Source: a virus (Duplodnaviria > Caudoviricetes). Taken from it: a DNA stretch of 64,000 nt. The first letter of the stretch is position 1; each line of letters starts with the position of its first letter. Where the stretch lies: IMG/VR virus record IMGVR_UViG_3300029305_002828, positions 31,278 through 95,277 of that record, one strand, 5' to 3'. This document shows, one piece after another, positions 55,885 through 64,000 of this stretch. The translations under genes and the position numbers were made by a program. The notes below the pieces were generated by a model. It did no database searches, had not been told where the DNA came from, and was given only the letters and a program-made list of their open reading frames with translations.

Positions 55885-56571
55885 TCACCTCACATACATT
55901 TTTCTATAAAGGTTAATATAAGTCCTATCAAAATGATAGACATTCCTTCTCTCAGAAATGAATTCCTCAATCTCTTTCAACTGAGGATCATATTCATTTG
56001 TGATAGAACGAAGTTTCATTATGCGAGCCTGAATAGAATCGAGCAGCATATCAAAAGGAGTGTCAGTCGAGCAAGGTCTCCATTTAGGCATTAACCGTTT
56101 ATCATATGCATCTTTCAGCTTTTTCAAGAAATCATAGTATTGTTCATAACGTTCATTGATTTCTTTAATCAGCTCATCTGCAGTATCAGCCTTAAGACGA
56201 TTGATGACTTTTGTCAGACTCGCATGATTTACTCTCCTGACATCATACTCTTCATAAACTTTTGGACATTTCTCATCCCAGAGATATACAGGAATTCCAA
56301 GATCCCATGACTGTTGTGCCCTAGCCTTAGTACTCCTTCCAATATGTTCAGGAGTTACAATCATACAGAGATCTGCAACAAGAAGCTTCTGATAACACAT
56401 ATCATCGATCATTTCTTTATGGGCTTCATAAAGTTCCAGATCATAGAAAGCAGGAGTAAAACAAATGAATCCTTTCTTAGTCAATTCCTGTTCAACATGT
56501 CGAAATTGCTCTTCATGTTCCCTTGCAATTCCAAGAAGATGTGCAATTTTATAGTTTCCTAACATAAGCAA
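55885..56571 (-). CDS. DUF4406/NDT-like N-terminal domain protein
   Basis: FRHVEQELTKKGFICFTP...KLLVADLCMIV...IGRST...LGIPV. Confidence 0.6.
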   Translation of the reverse strand: MLMLGNYKIAHLLGIAREHEEQFRHVEQELTKKGFICFTPAFYDLELYEAHKEMIDDMCYQKLLVADLCMIVTPEHIGRSTKARAQQSWDLGIPVYLWDEKCPKVYEEYDVRRVNHASLTKVINRLKADTADELIKEINERYEQYYDFLKKLKDAYDKRLMPKWRPCSTDTPFDMLLDSIQARIMKLRSITNEYDPQLKEIEEFISERRNVYHFDRTYINLYRKMYVR

Positions 56572-56599
56572 TTTCCTCTCTTTCTTATTCGTGATAATT

Positions 56600-56629
56600 A
56601 AAGAGGGGGCATTTATTTGCCCCCTCTTT
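56600..56629. terminator. Hairpin terminator
   Basis: AAAGAGGGGGCA-loop-TGCCCCCTCTTT. Confidence 0.7.
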
Positions 56630-56634
56630 GACGT

Positions 56635-58308
56635 TTATTTCAACATTGCGTAATATGCACCTTTCTTTGCTACAAGCTCTTCATGGGAACCACTTTCAAT
56701 GATACCACTTGATCCCATCAGATAAATCACATCACAATTTTTGATTGTGCTAAGTCTATGAGCGATGGTGATTATTGTCTTATCATGAAGAGCATCGATA
56801 GCTTCCTGGATGATCGTTTCGGATTCGTTATCGAGGGCACTAGTAGCTTCATCCAATAGAATGATCTCAGGGTCTCGAATGAATAGCCTAGCAAGTGCAA
56901 TTCTTTGTTTCTGACCACCAGATAGTTTCAATCCTCGAGGTCCAACTTCTGTCTCGAATCCTTTATCAAGACCCGTAATGAATTCGTAAATGTGAGCTTT
57001 CTTACATGCATGGATAAGATCGTCTTCTGTTGCACTTTGAGATCCATACATTACATTCTCACGAATTGAACCAGGGAAGATTGTATTTTCTTGATGAACC
57101 GACCCAATATATTTTCTGTAGCTCTCAAGTGAAATTTGGTCAATGGGTGTTTCATCAATAGTAATCGTTCCTTCATTCGGATCATAGAAACGATTAAGCA
57201 ATTTGAATAGTGTCGTCTTACCTCCTCCAGATACACCACAGATACCGATCTTCTGTCCTTTTCTGACTTCCATATTGATATTAGTCAGAGCATTGGTGAT
57301 ATTGTCATATGAGAATGATACATTCTGGAGTTTGATTTTGTCTTCAAACTTTTCCATATCAATGGGTCCATCTTTGGTAATATGGTCATAATCAATAATC
57401 TTCTTGTATTCATCTTTGAGTGTGAGGTTATCACTTAACTCATCAACGAAGTCAAGCATCATGATTAGAGGGTCAATAAGCTTGAAGACTAGCATTACCA
57501 AACTCATTGCTTGTGCTTGATTTATAAGTCCGGCTGCTAATTGTTTCAGGGTGTAGATCACTACCATTGTTAAACCTGCACCCTCAATAAGATCAAATGA
57601 TCCATACATGATTGAATTAGTCTTTGCTTTCTTAACCAAGTATGAATAGATCTTATTGTTTTTGAAATGGATTGACTTTCGATGTATTTCAGTCATTCCA
57701 AATGAACGTACTTCCGTGAATCCATTGATGATGTTCTCGAATTCTTGGTTACGGTCTTTCTTTATTACTTGGAAATTCCTATCAATCTCCATATACACCT
57801 TATAGATCCTCTTAAAGATTAAGAAGCCAATAAAGTAAATGATAATGACAGGTATGATCATTGCTCCTCCAATTGTGTACATTGTGTAAAGAGTAACAAT
57901 GATGGAAAATCCACGAATAAAGAATGTGCAAGTACTAATACCAAGGTTGACGATCTTACTGATGAATTCTTGAGCAGTGTTAATTCTTGCAATTGAGTAC
58001 TTGGTAAACATGTTGTAATCCGCATCAAGAATCTTATCGCAGTATTTGTTCATGAGAACAGTGAAGCAGTGTTTGTTAGTTGCTGTCTTCAGGTATCCTA
58101 CTATCATGCTTAGGATTAGATCGGCTACCAGAAGCGATACTAGGATAGTTAAATGGTACTGGTAGTTCCTGATGTCTCCGAACACGTCAGACACCTTGAT
58201 GATTAGCGAGTTACTGATTAGGACTATGGCCAGGTTACAAATGAACCAAATGGCAAGCATCACACATGCCTTCCTAACCTTTAGCCATTCTGATATGACA
58301 ATTTTCAT
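56635..58308 (-). CDS. ABC exporter, fused permease/ATP-binding (MsbA/ABCB-like)
   Basis: N-terminal TM domain; GVSGGGKTT, LSGGQKQRIALAR, ILLDEATSALD, IAHRLST. Confidence 0.95.
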   Translation of the reverse strand: MKIVISEWLKVRKACVMLAIWFICNLAIVLISNSLIIKVSDVFGDIRNYQYHLTILVSLLVADLILSMIVGYLKTATNKHCFTVLMNKYCDKILDADYNMFTKYSIARINTAQEFISKIVNLGISTCTFFIRGFSIIVTLYTMYTIGGAMIIPVIIIYFIGFLIFKRIYKVYMEIDRNFQVIKKDRNQEFENIINGFTEVRSFGMTEIHRKSIHFKNNKIYSYLVKKAKTNSIMYGSFDLIEGAGLTMVVIYTLKQLAAGLINQAQAMSLVMLVFKLIDPLIMMLDFVDELSDNLTLKDEYKKIIDYDHITKDGPIDMEKFEDKIKLQNVSFSYDNITNALTNINMEVRKGQKIGICGVSGGGKTTLFKLLNRFYDPNEGTITIDETPIDQISLESYRKYIGSVHQENTIFPGSIRENVMYGSQSATEDDLIHACKKAHIYEFITGLDKGFETEVGPRGLKLSGGQKQRIALARLFIRDPEIILLDEATSALDNESETIIQEAIDALHDKTIITIAHRLSTIKNCDVIYLMGSSGIIESGSHEELVAKKGAYYAMLK

Positions 58309-58340
58309 GGCTAATTCCTCCCTTCTTATTATACATTATT

Positions 58341-58350
58341 AGAATATATA
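58341..58350 (-). promoter_or_regulatory. Putative early promoter motif TATATATTCT
   Basis: About 30 nt upstream of the ABC exporter start. Confidence 0.55.
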
Positions 58351-58379
58351 ATCCGTAATGTAAAATATGCGAAAAAGAA

Positions 58380-58404
58380 AAGGAGGGGAGTTAATCCCCT
58401 CCTT
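58380..58404. terminator. Hairpin terminator
   Basis: AAGGAGGGGA-GTTAA-TCCCCTCCTT. Confidence 0.7.
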
Positions 58405-58408
58405 CATA

Positions 58409-59608
58409 TTATTCCTCAATGGGAGGAGCATCAACATGAGACTCAACAATGTCAGGTAACAGATCAATTACCTGATCAAGGAATGCCTTAATGTTAGTAA
58501 GTACTCGCTCTGTAGTTTCCTCATTCCAAGTCTTACGAATAATACCATCAAGAGCGAAGACCATACAAATTACCTTATTGCGACCTTCACCATCTTTATC
58601 AGACATACTGGAGTAAACAATAGTCTGCATAAAGTAAAGGAGCATCATGTTACTACACTTATGATACTTCTCTTCAAGATAACGCTTCTCAAACTGGGAG
58701 ATCTCGAGAATGAACTTCTCAGATACTTTGATCTGCTTCAGTTTATCACGAGTGCGCTGTAACCAATAGCTGATCTTCTTCTCATCCTTAAAGGCGTTTA
58801 CAAGTCTCTCTTTATCCTTATCAGTAAGGGGCTCTGCTAAGAATTCAAGATACTTGCGATTATAGTACAGCTTAATGGAAGCTTCCATCTTTGCCTTCTT
58901 CTCAGGATCTTCCTCTTTCTCAGCGATCTCTTTAAGCTGTTCAATGTTCTTTTGCTCTTCCATCTCAATCAGTTCAAGATAAGCATCATGAATCTGACGA
59001 TATTCCTTAACAGAAGCCATCCAACTGAAGAAATCATTTACACAATCTTTGATTCGATCAATGGTTTGAGTATGCATAACACCGATAATGGGATGACCCT
59101 CACCAAAGATCTCTTCAACAACTTCCTCAGGAATGCTATCAAGACCATTAAAACGATCCCACTTCTCCTGTTCTTCAGGAGTTGCATCATCTGCTAGTTC
59201 AGTACGATGAGTTTCATTATACTGATATAGTTTCTTCATATGAGTATCAGTTAACTTGAATTCATTCTTAGACATATTCCACTGATTCTCCATGATCTTA
59301 ACCATTTCAGCAACTTGCTTCATTAACTCTGTAATTTGTTTAACAGAGATTTCATTAATAGGATTCTCAGGATCCTCGATAGCAACCTGAGGTGCATTTA
59401 CATCAGCTGTAGGAACTTCACTAGATTTAATCTCTTCCTTTACTTGATCTAAAGGCTTAGTTGAAGTATCAGTTTCAGCCTCAGCATTAGCAATCATTTC
59501 TTTATCAACTTCATCGGGCTTTACTTCAGGGAATTGAATCACATTAGATTCTTTTTCCTCCTGAGCGATAGCCTCCTGTTCTTCCATATTTAGATCCTTA
59601 GGTTCCAT
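58409..59608 (-). CDS. Hypothetical acidic helical protein
   Basis: 399-aa ORF, GGAGG RBS. Confidence 0.7.
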   Translation of the reverse strand: MEPKDLNMEEQEAIAQEEKESNVIQFPEVKPDEVDKEMIANAEAETDTSTKPLDQVKEEIKSSEVPTADVNAPQVAIEDPENPINEISVKQITELMKQVAEMVKIMENQWNMSKNEFKLTDTHMKKLYQYNETHRTELADDATPEEQEKWDRFNGLDSIPEEVVEEIFGEGHPIIGVMHTQTIDRIKDCVNDFFSWMASVKEYRQIHDAYLELIEMEEQKNIEQLKEIAEKEEDPEKKAKMEASIKLYYNRKYLEFLAEPLTDKDKERLVNAFKDEKKISYWLQRTRDKLKQIKVSEKFILEISQFEKRYLEEKYHKCSNMMLLYFMQTIVYSSMSDKDGEGRNKVICMVFALDGIIRKTWNEETTERVLTNIKAFLDQVIDLLPDIVESHVDAPPIEE

Positions 59609-59628
59609 GACATGTCCTCCACTTTAAA

Positions 59629-60093
59629 TTATTCTTCTTCATTAATAGCCTTCTGAAGAAGTGTTTTAACATTAATCAATGCATTTTCTATGATGTATCC
59701 CTCATAGAATTCTTTAGTGAATAATGCACTGTCGAAATCAATATTATCAATATTAATCGACTTATTTACTGTTACTGCAATACTCTTTGCAAGCTCCTGA
59801 ATTTGTGCTCTAGTAACTTTATCCATATCATGTCCATCAATGAATGTTCTAAATTGAAGGATTGATATTTGGGATGTTAACATCTTGACAAACTCAAGGA
59901 GCTTCTCAGAGTACTCGGTTGAGACTTTACTATTCTCTTCCTCAAGTTCTTTACGAATTTCATTGTAGTCTCGTTCTTGATGTTTTAGTCTAATTAGGAT
60001 TATCAATGAATTGACAAACCATGCTGCAGACAGGATCATCAATACTAAAGTAATTAATGTTACACAAAGAACAATATAGTTTCCATCAAACAT
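59629..60093 (-). CDS. Membrane-anchored hypothetical protein
   Basis: Long N-terminal hydrophobic helix; AAAGGAGG RBS. Confidence 0.7.
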   Translation of the reverse strand: MFDGNYIVLCVTLITLVLMILSAAWFVNSLIILIRLKHQERDYNEIRKELEEENSKVSTEYSEKLLEFVKMLTSQISILQFRTFIDGHDMDKVTRAQIQELAKSIAVTVNKSINIDNIDFDSALFTKEFYEGYIIENALINVKTLLQKAINEEE

Positions 60094-60140
60094 AATGATG
60101 TTCCTCCTTTCTATTTAAAAGGTAGGTAGTAGTACAAGAG

Positions 60141-62519
60141 TTATTTAGAGAATGCTTCAAGATTATCTTTAAAGATTTTGATCATGTTATCAGTAAGATG
60201 CTTCTTCTTGAAAGGTAGGTTCTCCATGATATAATCCCATACTTCATCAACATCATCAATTTGATTTGGATGTTGTTTAATATACCGCTTATAGGTTTTA
60301 TGAAGCTTCTTCAAATAATACATCTCATCCTGTGTACAGAAGATGGTAGTATTATTAACAACATATCCAATAGTATCAGTTTGATGCTCAGGTTCTCCAA
60401 TAAATTCATCTTCATTGATTATAGTCTCCATGCGTACACCAAGAGATTTTAGGTATACCTGCATAATCTCTGCAGATCTAGAAGTAAACTTAGCAGGAAT
60501 CTCATATTCACCATCATCAGATAGAATAGATTCATACATAAATCTACGCCCATCAATAGAAGATCTATATAGTGCAGTTACTAATGCAAAGTCTTCAGGA
60601 TTAGTAATCACTAAGAAGTTAGGAGTTTCATATTCACCAAAGCGAATAGGCTTCTCGGAATGCCAAAGTTTACCAATCTTATTATCATGAGACTTTTCAG
60701 GAAGAGATTCATCAGAAATAGCACCAGCAGAACGTACAGAGAAACCGTTCTCACCAGACTGCTTGAGCATAAGGATATACTGATATCCAATATAGTCTTT
60801 GCCAATATAAATATCTCTTCCCCACTTCGGCTTAGGTACAAAGATATTATAAGGAGTAAAGATATTAGGATACTTTTCATAAACTTGAATGATTGCATCT
60901 CTGAGTTTATATTCATCATTGAAAGGTTCCCATCTGAGATATACTCCATTAGAAGTCATTAGATGACCATCTCTGGTAAGAGAAATACAATCAATCATAA
61001 ACTTCTTCTTTTCACGATCAGAGAATCCTTCGTAGAGGTGTCTCACTTCTGCACCTTGTTTAGGGTTAAGAATTGTGAGAATATCAAATAGGAACTCAGC
61101 TTGATCATTAATATCTTCGAGTTCACCTAAATGTTTCCTCATCTTATCAATGATGAAAGTAACACTACCTTCATACATAACCATAGGAATAGTTCTATTG
61201 ATAATTGCTAGAGGGTTAGTAATTAACTCAACTCTTTCTTGAACTCCTCTAGGATGCACTACACCATGTTCATCGGTATAAGTTTCAGTTGTAAGATAGG
61301 GCATTTCTTCATCAGGCCAAATGGCACAGACAACAGTCTTATTACCATGGCGGCCAACAATCTTACGACCAACCTTGAGAGGTTCTTTCTTTCTAAGTAG
61401 AATTTCTACCATTAAGTTGGAGAAGATATTATCATTGAATGCCCACAGAGCTTGGGTATCAAGATAATTCATAGCTTTTCTCATCCAACGATTGATCTCT
61501 TTATCAATATTCTTGGAACCGGATTTAGTGATCTGCTTACAGATCTTATATACATCAGTATAGAACCAACGAGCATCGTTGTAATACTCGATAAGCTGCT
61601 TGTTAACTTTATTAACTTTGATATTAGGATTATTGCAATAGATGTTAATATCTACTACTTCACACTCATCTTCACAATAGAAGATCTGATCTCCCTGCTG
61701 GTTAATAGTTCTGAGTGAAGCATCTCTCATATCAGAGAACATTCTAGATTCTTTAACATTACGAGTAGCGGCCACAATACCATCTTTGATTACATCACCA
61801 ATGTTTGGAAGACCTCTATATTCACCATCTTTACCATAAAGATTCAGAAGTACAGTATTCTCATTAATAGGAATAGTCTTAGATGTAACATTGGCAGCTA
61901 CCATTCTCTTTGCAAAGGATTCAGAAATGATAATAGCATCATCCTGAACACCGGGATGTACACCATAAAGGATTCTACCATTAACACCAATAGAGACATT
62001 ACCATAGTCATCATATGATGTAGAGGAATATAGTATAGTATCTTTAGGAATAATTTCTCCTACCCGTGCAGCATCAAGATAATCATTTTTATAATTGAAA
62101 CCGAATGATTCAGTTAAGTTTTCTACTTCTTTTCTTTCGACGACAGTATATGAGTCATCATCTTTACAATAAAGGAAGTATAAAGCATTATATACTCTGC
62201 CCTTCATGAGCTCATCATATTTCTTTACAATGCCAATTACTTTATACTCTTTATCGGTTCTCCCATAGAATGAAGAATGTTCACCTGTTAAATTTTCTTT
62301 TCCATCATAGAACATAGGAAATTCAGGATTATCAATAGCTAAATGTTGAATGTGGTGTTTGATATTCATTGTACCACGCATAACGTTATTACCACCAGTA
62401 AAGTCACCTTGACCAACCAGTGCTAACTTCTTTTTACCTTTTAGCTCTTCATTCTTCTTTTGGAGTTCTTGAATTAAATTATACTTTTCTCGCATTTGAT
62501 CTCCTCCTTGATATGCCAT
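60141..62519 (-). CDS. rpoB: Phage multisubunit RNA polymerase beta-like subunit (C-terminal half), probably non-virion RNAP
   Basis: MRGTMN..H..Q, QDDAIIIS, LKVGRKIVGRHGNK, EEMP, ELITNPLAIINR, YILMLKQ, PIRFGEYE, YLKSLG. Confidence 0.9.
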   Translation of the reverse strand: MAYQGGDQMREKYNLIQELQKKNEELKGKKKLALVGQGDFTGGNNVMRGTMNIKHHIQHLAIDNPEFPMFYDGKENLTGEHSSFYGRTDKEYKVIGIVKKYDELMKGRVYNALYFLYCKDDDSYTVVERKEVENLTESFGFNYKNDYLDAARVGEIIPKDTILYSSTSYDDYGNVSIGVNGRILYGVHPGVQDDAIIISESFAKRMVAANVTSKTIPINENTVLLNLYGKDGEYRGLPNIGDVIKDGIVAATRNVKESRMFSDMRDASLRTINQQGDQIFYCEDECEVVDINIYCNNPNIKVNKVNKQLIEYYNDARWFYTDVYKICKQITKSGSKNIDKEINRWMRKAMNYLDTQALWAFNDNIFSNLMVEILLRKKEPLKVGRKIVGRHGNKTVVCAIWPDEEMPYLTTETYTDEHGVVHPRGVQERVELITNPLAIINRTIPMVMYEGSVTFIIDKMRKHLGELEDINDQAEFLFDILTILNPKQGAEVRHLYEGFSDREKKKFMIDCISLTRDGHLMTSNGVYLRWEPFNDEYKLRDAIIQVYEKYPNIFTPYNIFVPKPKWGRDIYIGKDYIGYQYILMLKQSGENGFSVRSAGAISDESLPEKSHDNKIGKLWHSEKPIRFGEYETPNFLVITNPEDFALVTALYRSSIDGRRFMYESILSDDGEYEIPAKFTSRSAEIMQVYLKSLGVRMETIINEDEFIGEPEHQTDTIGYVVNNTTIFCTQDEMYYLKKLHKTYKRYIKQHPNQIDDVDEVWDYIMENLPFKKKHLTDNMIKIFKDNLEAFSK

Positions 62520-62557
62520 ATGTAAACATGAAAATCAATTGATTACATGTTACTGCG

Positions 62558-62567
62558 AGAATATATA
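62558..62567 (-). promoter_or_regulatory. Putative early promoter motif TATATATTCT
   Basis: About 40 nt upstream of the beta-like gene. Confidence 0.55.
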
Positions 62568-62595
62568 AATATTTTATAAAAGAAAAAATAAAAAA

Positions 62596-62622
62596 ATAAA
62601 GAGGGAAATGAACCCTCTTTAT
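62596..62622. terminator. Hairpin terminator
   Basis: ATAAAGAGGG-loop-CCCTCTTTAT with a T-run on the minus strand. Confidence 0.65.
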
Positions 62623-62623
62623 C

Positions 62624-62872
62624 TTAAGCCATCGCAGGCTGGCGGAAGAACGCGTCGACATCCTCGAGTGTGCGCAGGACCTGGCCTTCAGGGACACCAT
62701 CGATAACGGCCATCTCAGCGGAGATCATCAGGCCGATCTCAGGGTTCATCCCTTCGACCTTGTACAGAAGCTGGCGGAGTTTGCTATTCTCCTCACAGAC
62801 CTTCTTGTACTCATCGACGAAGTCGAGGCGGGTGTTGCTCACCTGGGTCTTCTCTCTGGTCATGCTCAGCAT
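62624..62872 (-). CDS. Hypothetical protein, GC-rich codon usage
   Basis: AGGAGG RBS; clearly higher GC than the rest of the window. Confidence 0.7.
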   Translation of the reverse strand: MLSMTREKTQVSNTRLDFVDEYKKVCEENSKLRQLLYKVEGMNPEIGLMISAEMAVIDGVPEGQVLRTLEDVDAFFRQPAMA

Positions 62873-62931
62873 CGGGGGTACCTCCTATTTTTTATTTGAA
62901 TGAATGGTTGCTAAGCATTCATTCAGTTTGG

Positions 62932-63100
62932 TTATCCTTTAAAGAAACCGATGACATCGTCAGAAGCGCGGTTAAACGCTTTATCTAAAGGCAGGTTATA
63001 TTCATTTGCATATACGATAGTTCCAAGCCCAATAGCAACCGGAGTAAGGAGAGCAAGCTTGGCAACGACGATAGCATCAACGACACAATTTTTTATCCAT
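62932..63100 (-). pseudogene. Small membrane-protein gene interrupted by a +1 frameshift in an A6 run (or a sequencing error)
   Basis: AGAAAGGA RBS and ATG give MDKKLCR*; removing one A gives a 55-aa ORF with hydrophobic VVDAIVVAKLALLTPVAIGLGTIVY. Confidence 0.35.
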
Positions 63101-63213
63101 GGTAAAAGTTCCTTTCTATAACTGAATTAGGGTGGATTTATTATACGGCAAAGTTATTTCTAACTTTATATTCACTCTTATAATATATATTGAAAACTCA
63201 GAAATATACGATT

Positions 63214-63248
63214 GATATGCAAGGGGCTATTGTAGCCCCTTGCATATC
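63214..63248. terminator. Hairpin terminator
   Basis: GATATGCAAGGGGCTA-loop-TAGCCCCTTGCATATC. Confidence 0.7.
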
Positions 63249-63292
63249 GTTTATATAGAGAAAGGAGGTCAGATAGGGTATCTAAACTTTTC

Positions 63293-64000
63293 TTACTCTT
63301 GGGAGAAACCATCCCAGCTCTGGTTGGGTCTATAGTTAGCCTGACCAGACAGCTTAGCAGTGTCGATGTGCTTCTCAGCAGTCATCTTAGTCTTAGGAGC
63401 ATTATTGGGATGGAATACAGGAACGTTACCGATGTTAGTACCAGTAGCACTATCAACGGGAACAGGACCGAGGGAGCGCTGGAACAGGTTAGCATTGTTC
63501 TCTGCATAAACAGCATCACCAAGCTCGGGATTGAAGTTCAGAGAGTTAGAAACAATGCGATACTGCTTCAGAAGATCGTTAGCAATTGCAGTGATGATAG
63601 GAGAACGATACATGACGCAGTTGAAAGTGATATCATAAGTAACGTTATCATGAGTACCACCCTGCTCCATATTCAGAATGTTACCCTGGGCAATACCCTT
63701 AGGATAGCAGTCTGCTAACAGAACAGCACGTTCAACCTGAGCACCAGAACGGTCATGCATTACATAGATGAACTCAGCAGTATGATTAGCCTCATTGAAA
63801 GGAATACCATCATCAGATTCACCAGCACGCTGGTATAGACGCTTCTCCTTCTTATTAACGGCATCATAACCACCAGAGATCCAACCACCGTAAGTAGCAA
63901 GACCAGAGTTCTCGTCACCAATAGCATTCATCCAACCATCGATAACAGTATAAACAGGAGCACCCACCATTTCATACAGACCAACAGTGAACTCCTGAGT
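63293..64000 (-). CDS. Major structural protein, tail-tube-like (5' end outside the window)
   Basis: Frame open to the edge (TQEFTVGLYEMVGAP); W...IGD..SG, NHTAEFIYV, LLADCYPK, YDITFNC resemble jumbo-phage tail tube proteins; strong codon bias. Confidence 0.6.
   Translation of the reverse strand, partial: TQEFTVGLYEMVGAPVYTVIDGWMNAIGDENSGLATYGGWISGGYDAVNKKEKRLYQRAGESDDGIPFNEANHTAEFIYVMHDRSGAQVERAVLLADCYPKGIAQGNILNMEQGGTHDNVTYDITFNCVMYRSPIITAIANDLLKQYRIVSNSLNFNPELGDAVYAENNANLFQRSLGPVPVDSATGTNIGNVPVFHPNNAPKTKMTAEKHIDTAKLSGQANYRPNQSWDGFSQE

Noticed and set aside
1-64000. Alternative genetic code (stop-codon reassignment) as in some gut jumbo phages
   Set aside because: Long genes are uninterrupted under the standard code and coding density is high; TAA, TGA and TAG all appear as stops at plausible gene ends
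1-64000. CRISPR array, tRNA or rRNA genes
   Set aside because: No repeat-spacer pattern or cloverleaf seen by eye; intergenic gaps are short and explained by hairpins and promoters. A tRNAscan/Infernal run would be needed to exclude them fully
1-64000. Uracil-substituted or otherwise modified DNA, or a phage nucleus (chimallin/PhuZ)
   Set aside because: Plausible for this phage group, but no diagnostic gene is recognisable in this window

Overview
AT-rich, gene-dense 64-kb segment of a jumbo myophage of the phiKZ/AR9(PBS1)-like type. The host is probably a Bacillota/Clostridia species, inferred from strong AGGAGG/AAAGGAG ribosome-binding sites and Clostridia-type accessory genes. The window encodes two split multisubunit RNA polymerase subunits (beta'-like with DYDGD at the left end, beta-like near the right end), RecA/UvsX, a 5'-3' exonuclease, CspA, FolD, an SLT lytic transglycosylase, an ABC exporter, a truncated tail-tube-like gene, long tail-fibre-like proteins and an array of paralogous fibre/decoration proteins with swapped C-terminal modules (BspA LRR, Ig-like). 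The standout locus (about 29.5-36.8 kb) is a RiPP-like protein-modification cassette lying between two tail-fibre-like paralogues. It holds a radical SAM/SPASM maturase of the CXXX-repeat type, a U32-family Fe-S enzyme, an 890-aa protein with about 88 Cys in C-x3-C repeats, and two small accessory proteins. Also notable: a free-standing degenerate intein/LAGLIDADG gene, a motif-dead Dda/RecD-like helicase, a sigma-region-4/alpha-CTD fusion, two orphan membrane sensor-like paralogues, two recurring promoter-like motifs (TATATATT[A/C]T and [A/G]ACN-N6-TA) and more than 20 long GC-core hairpins. No tRNA, rRNA or CRISPR array was seen. All family calls come from motif recognition by eye, not from database searches.
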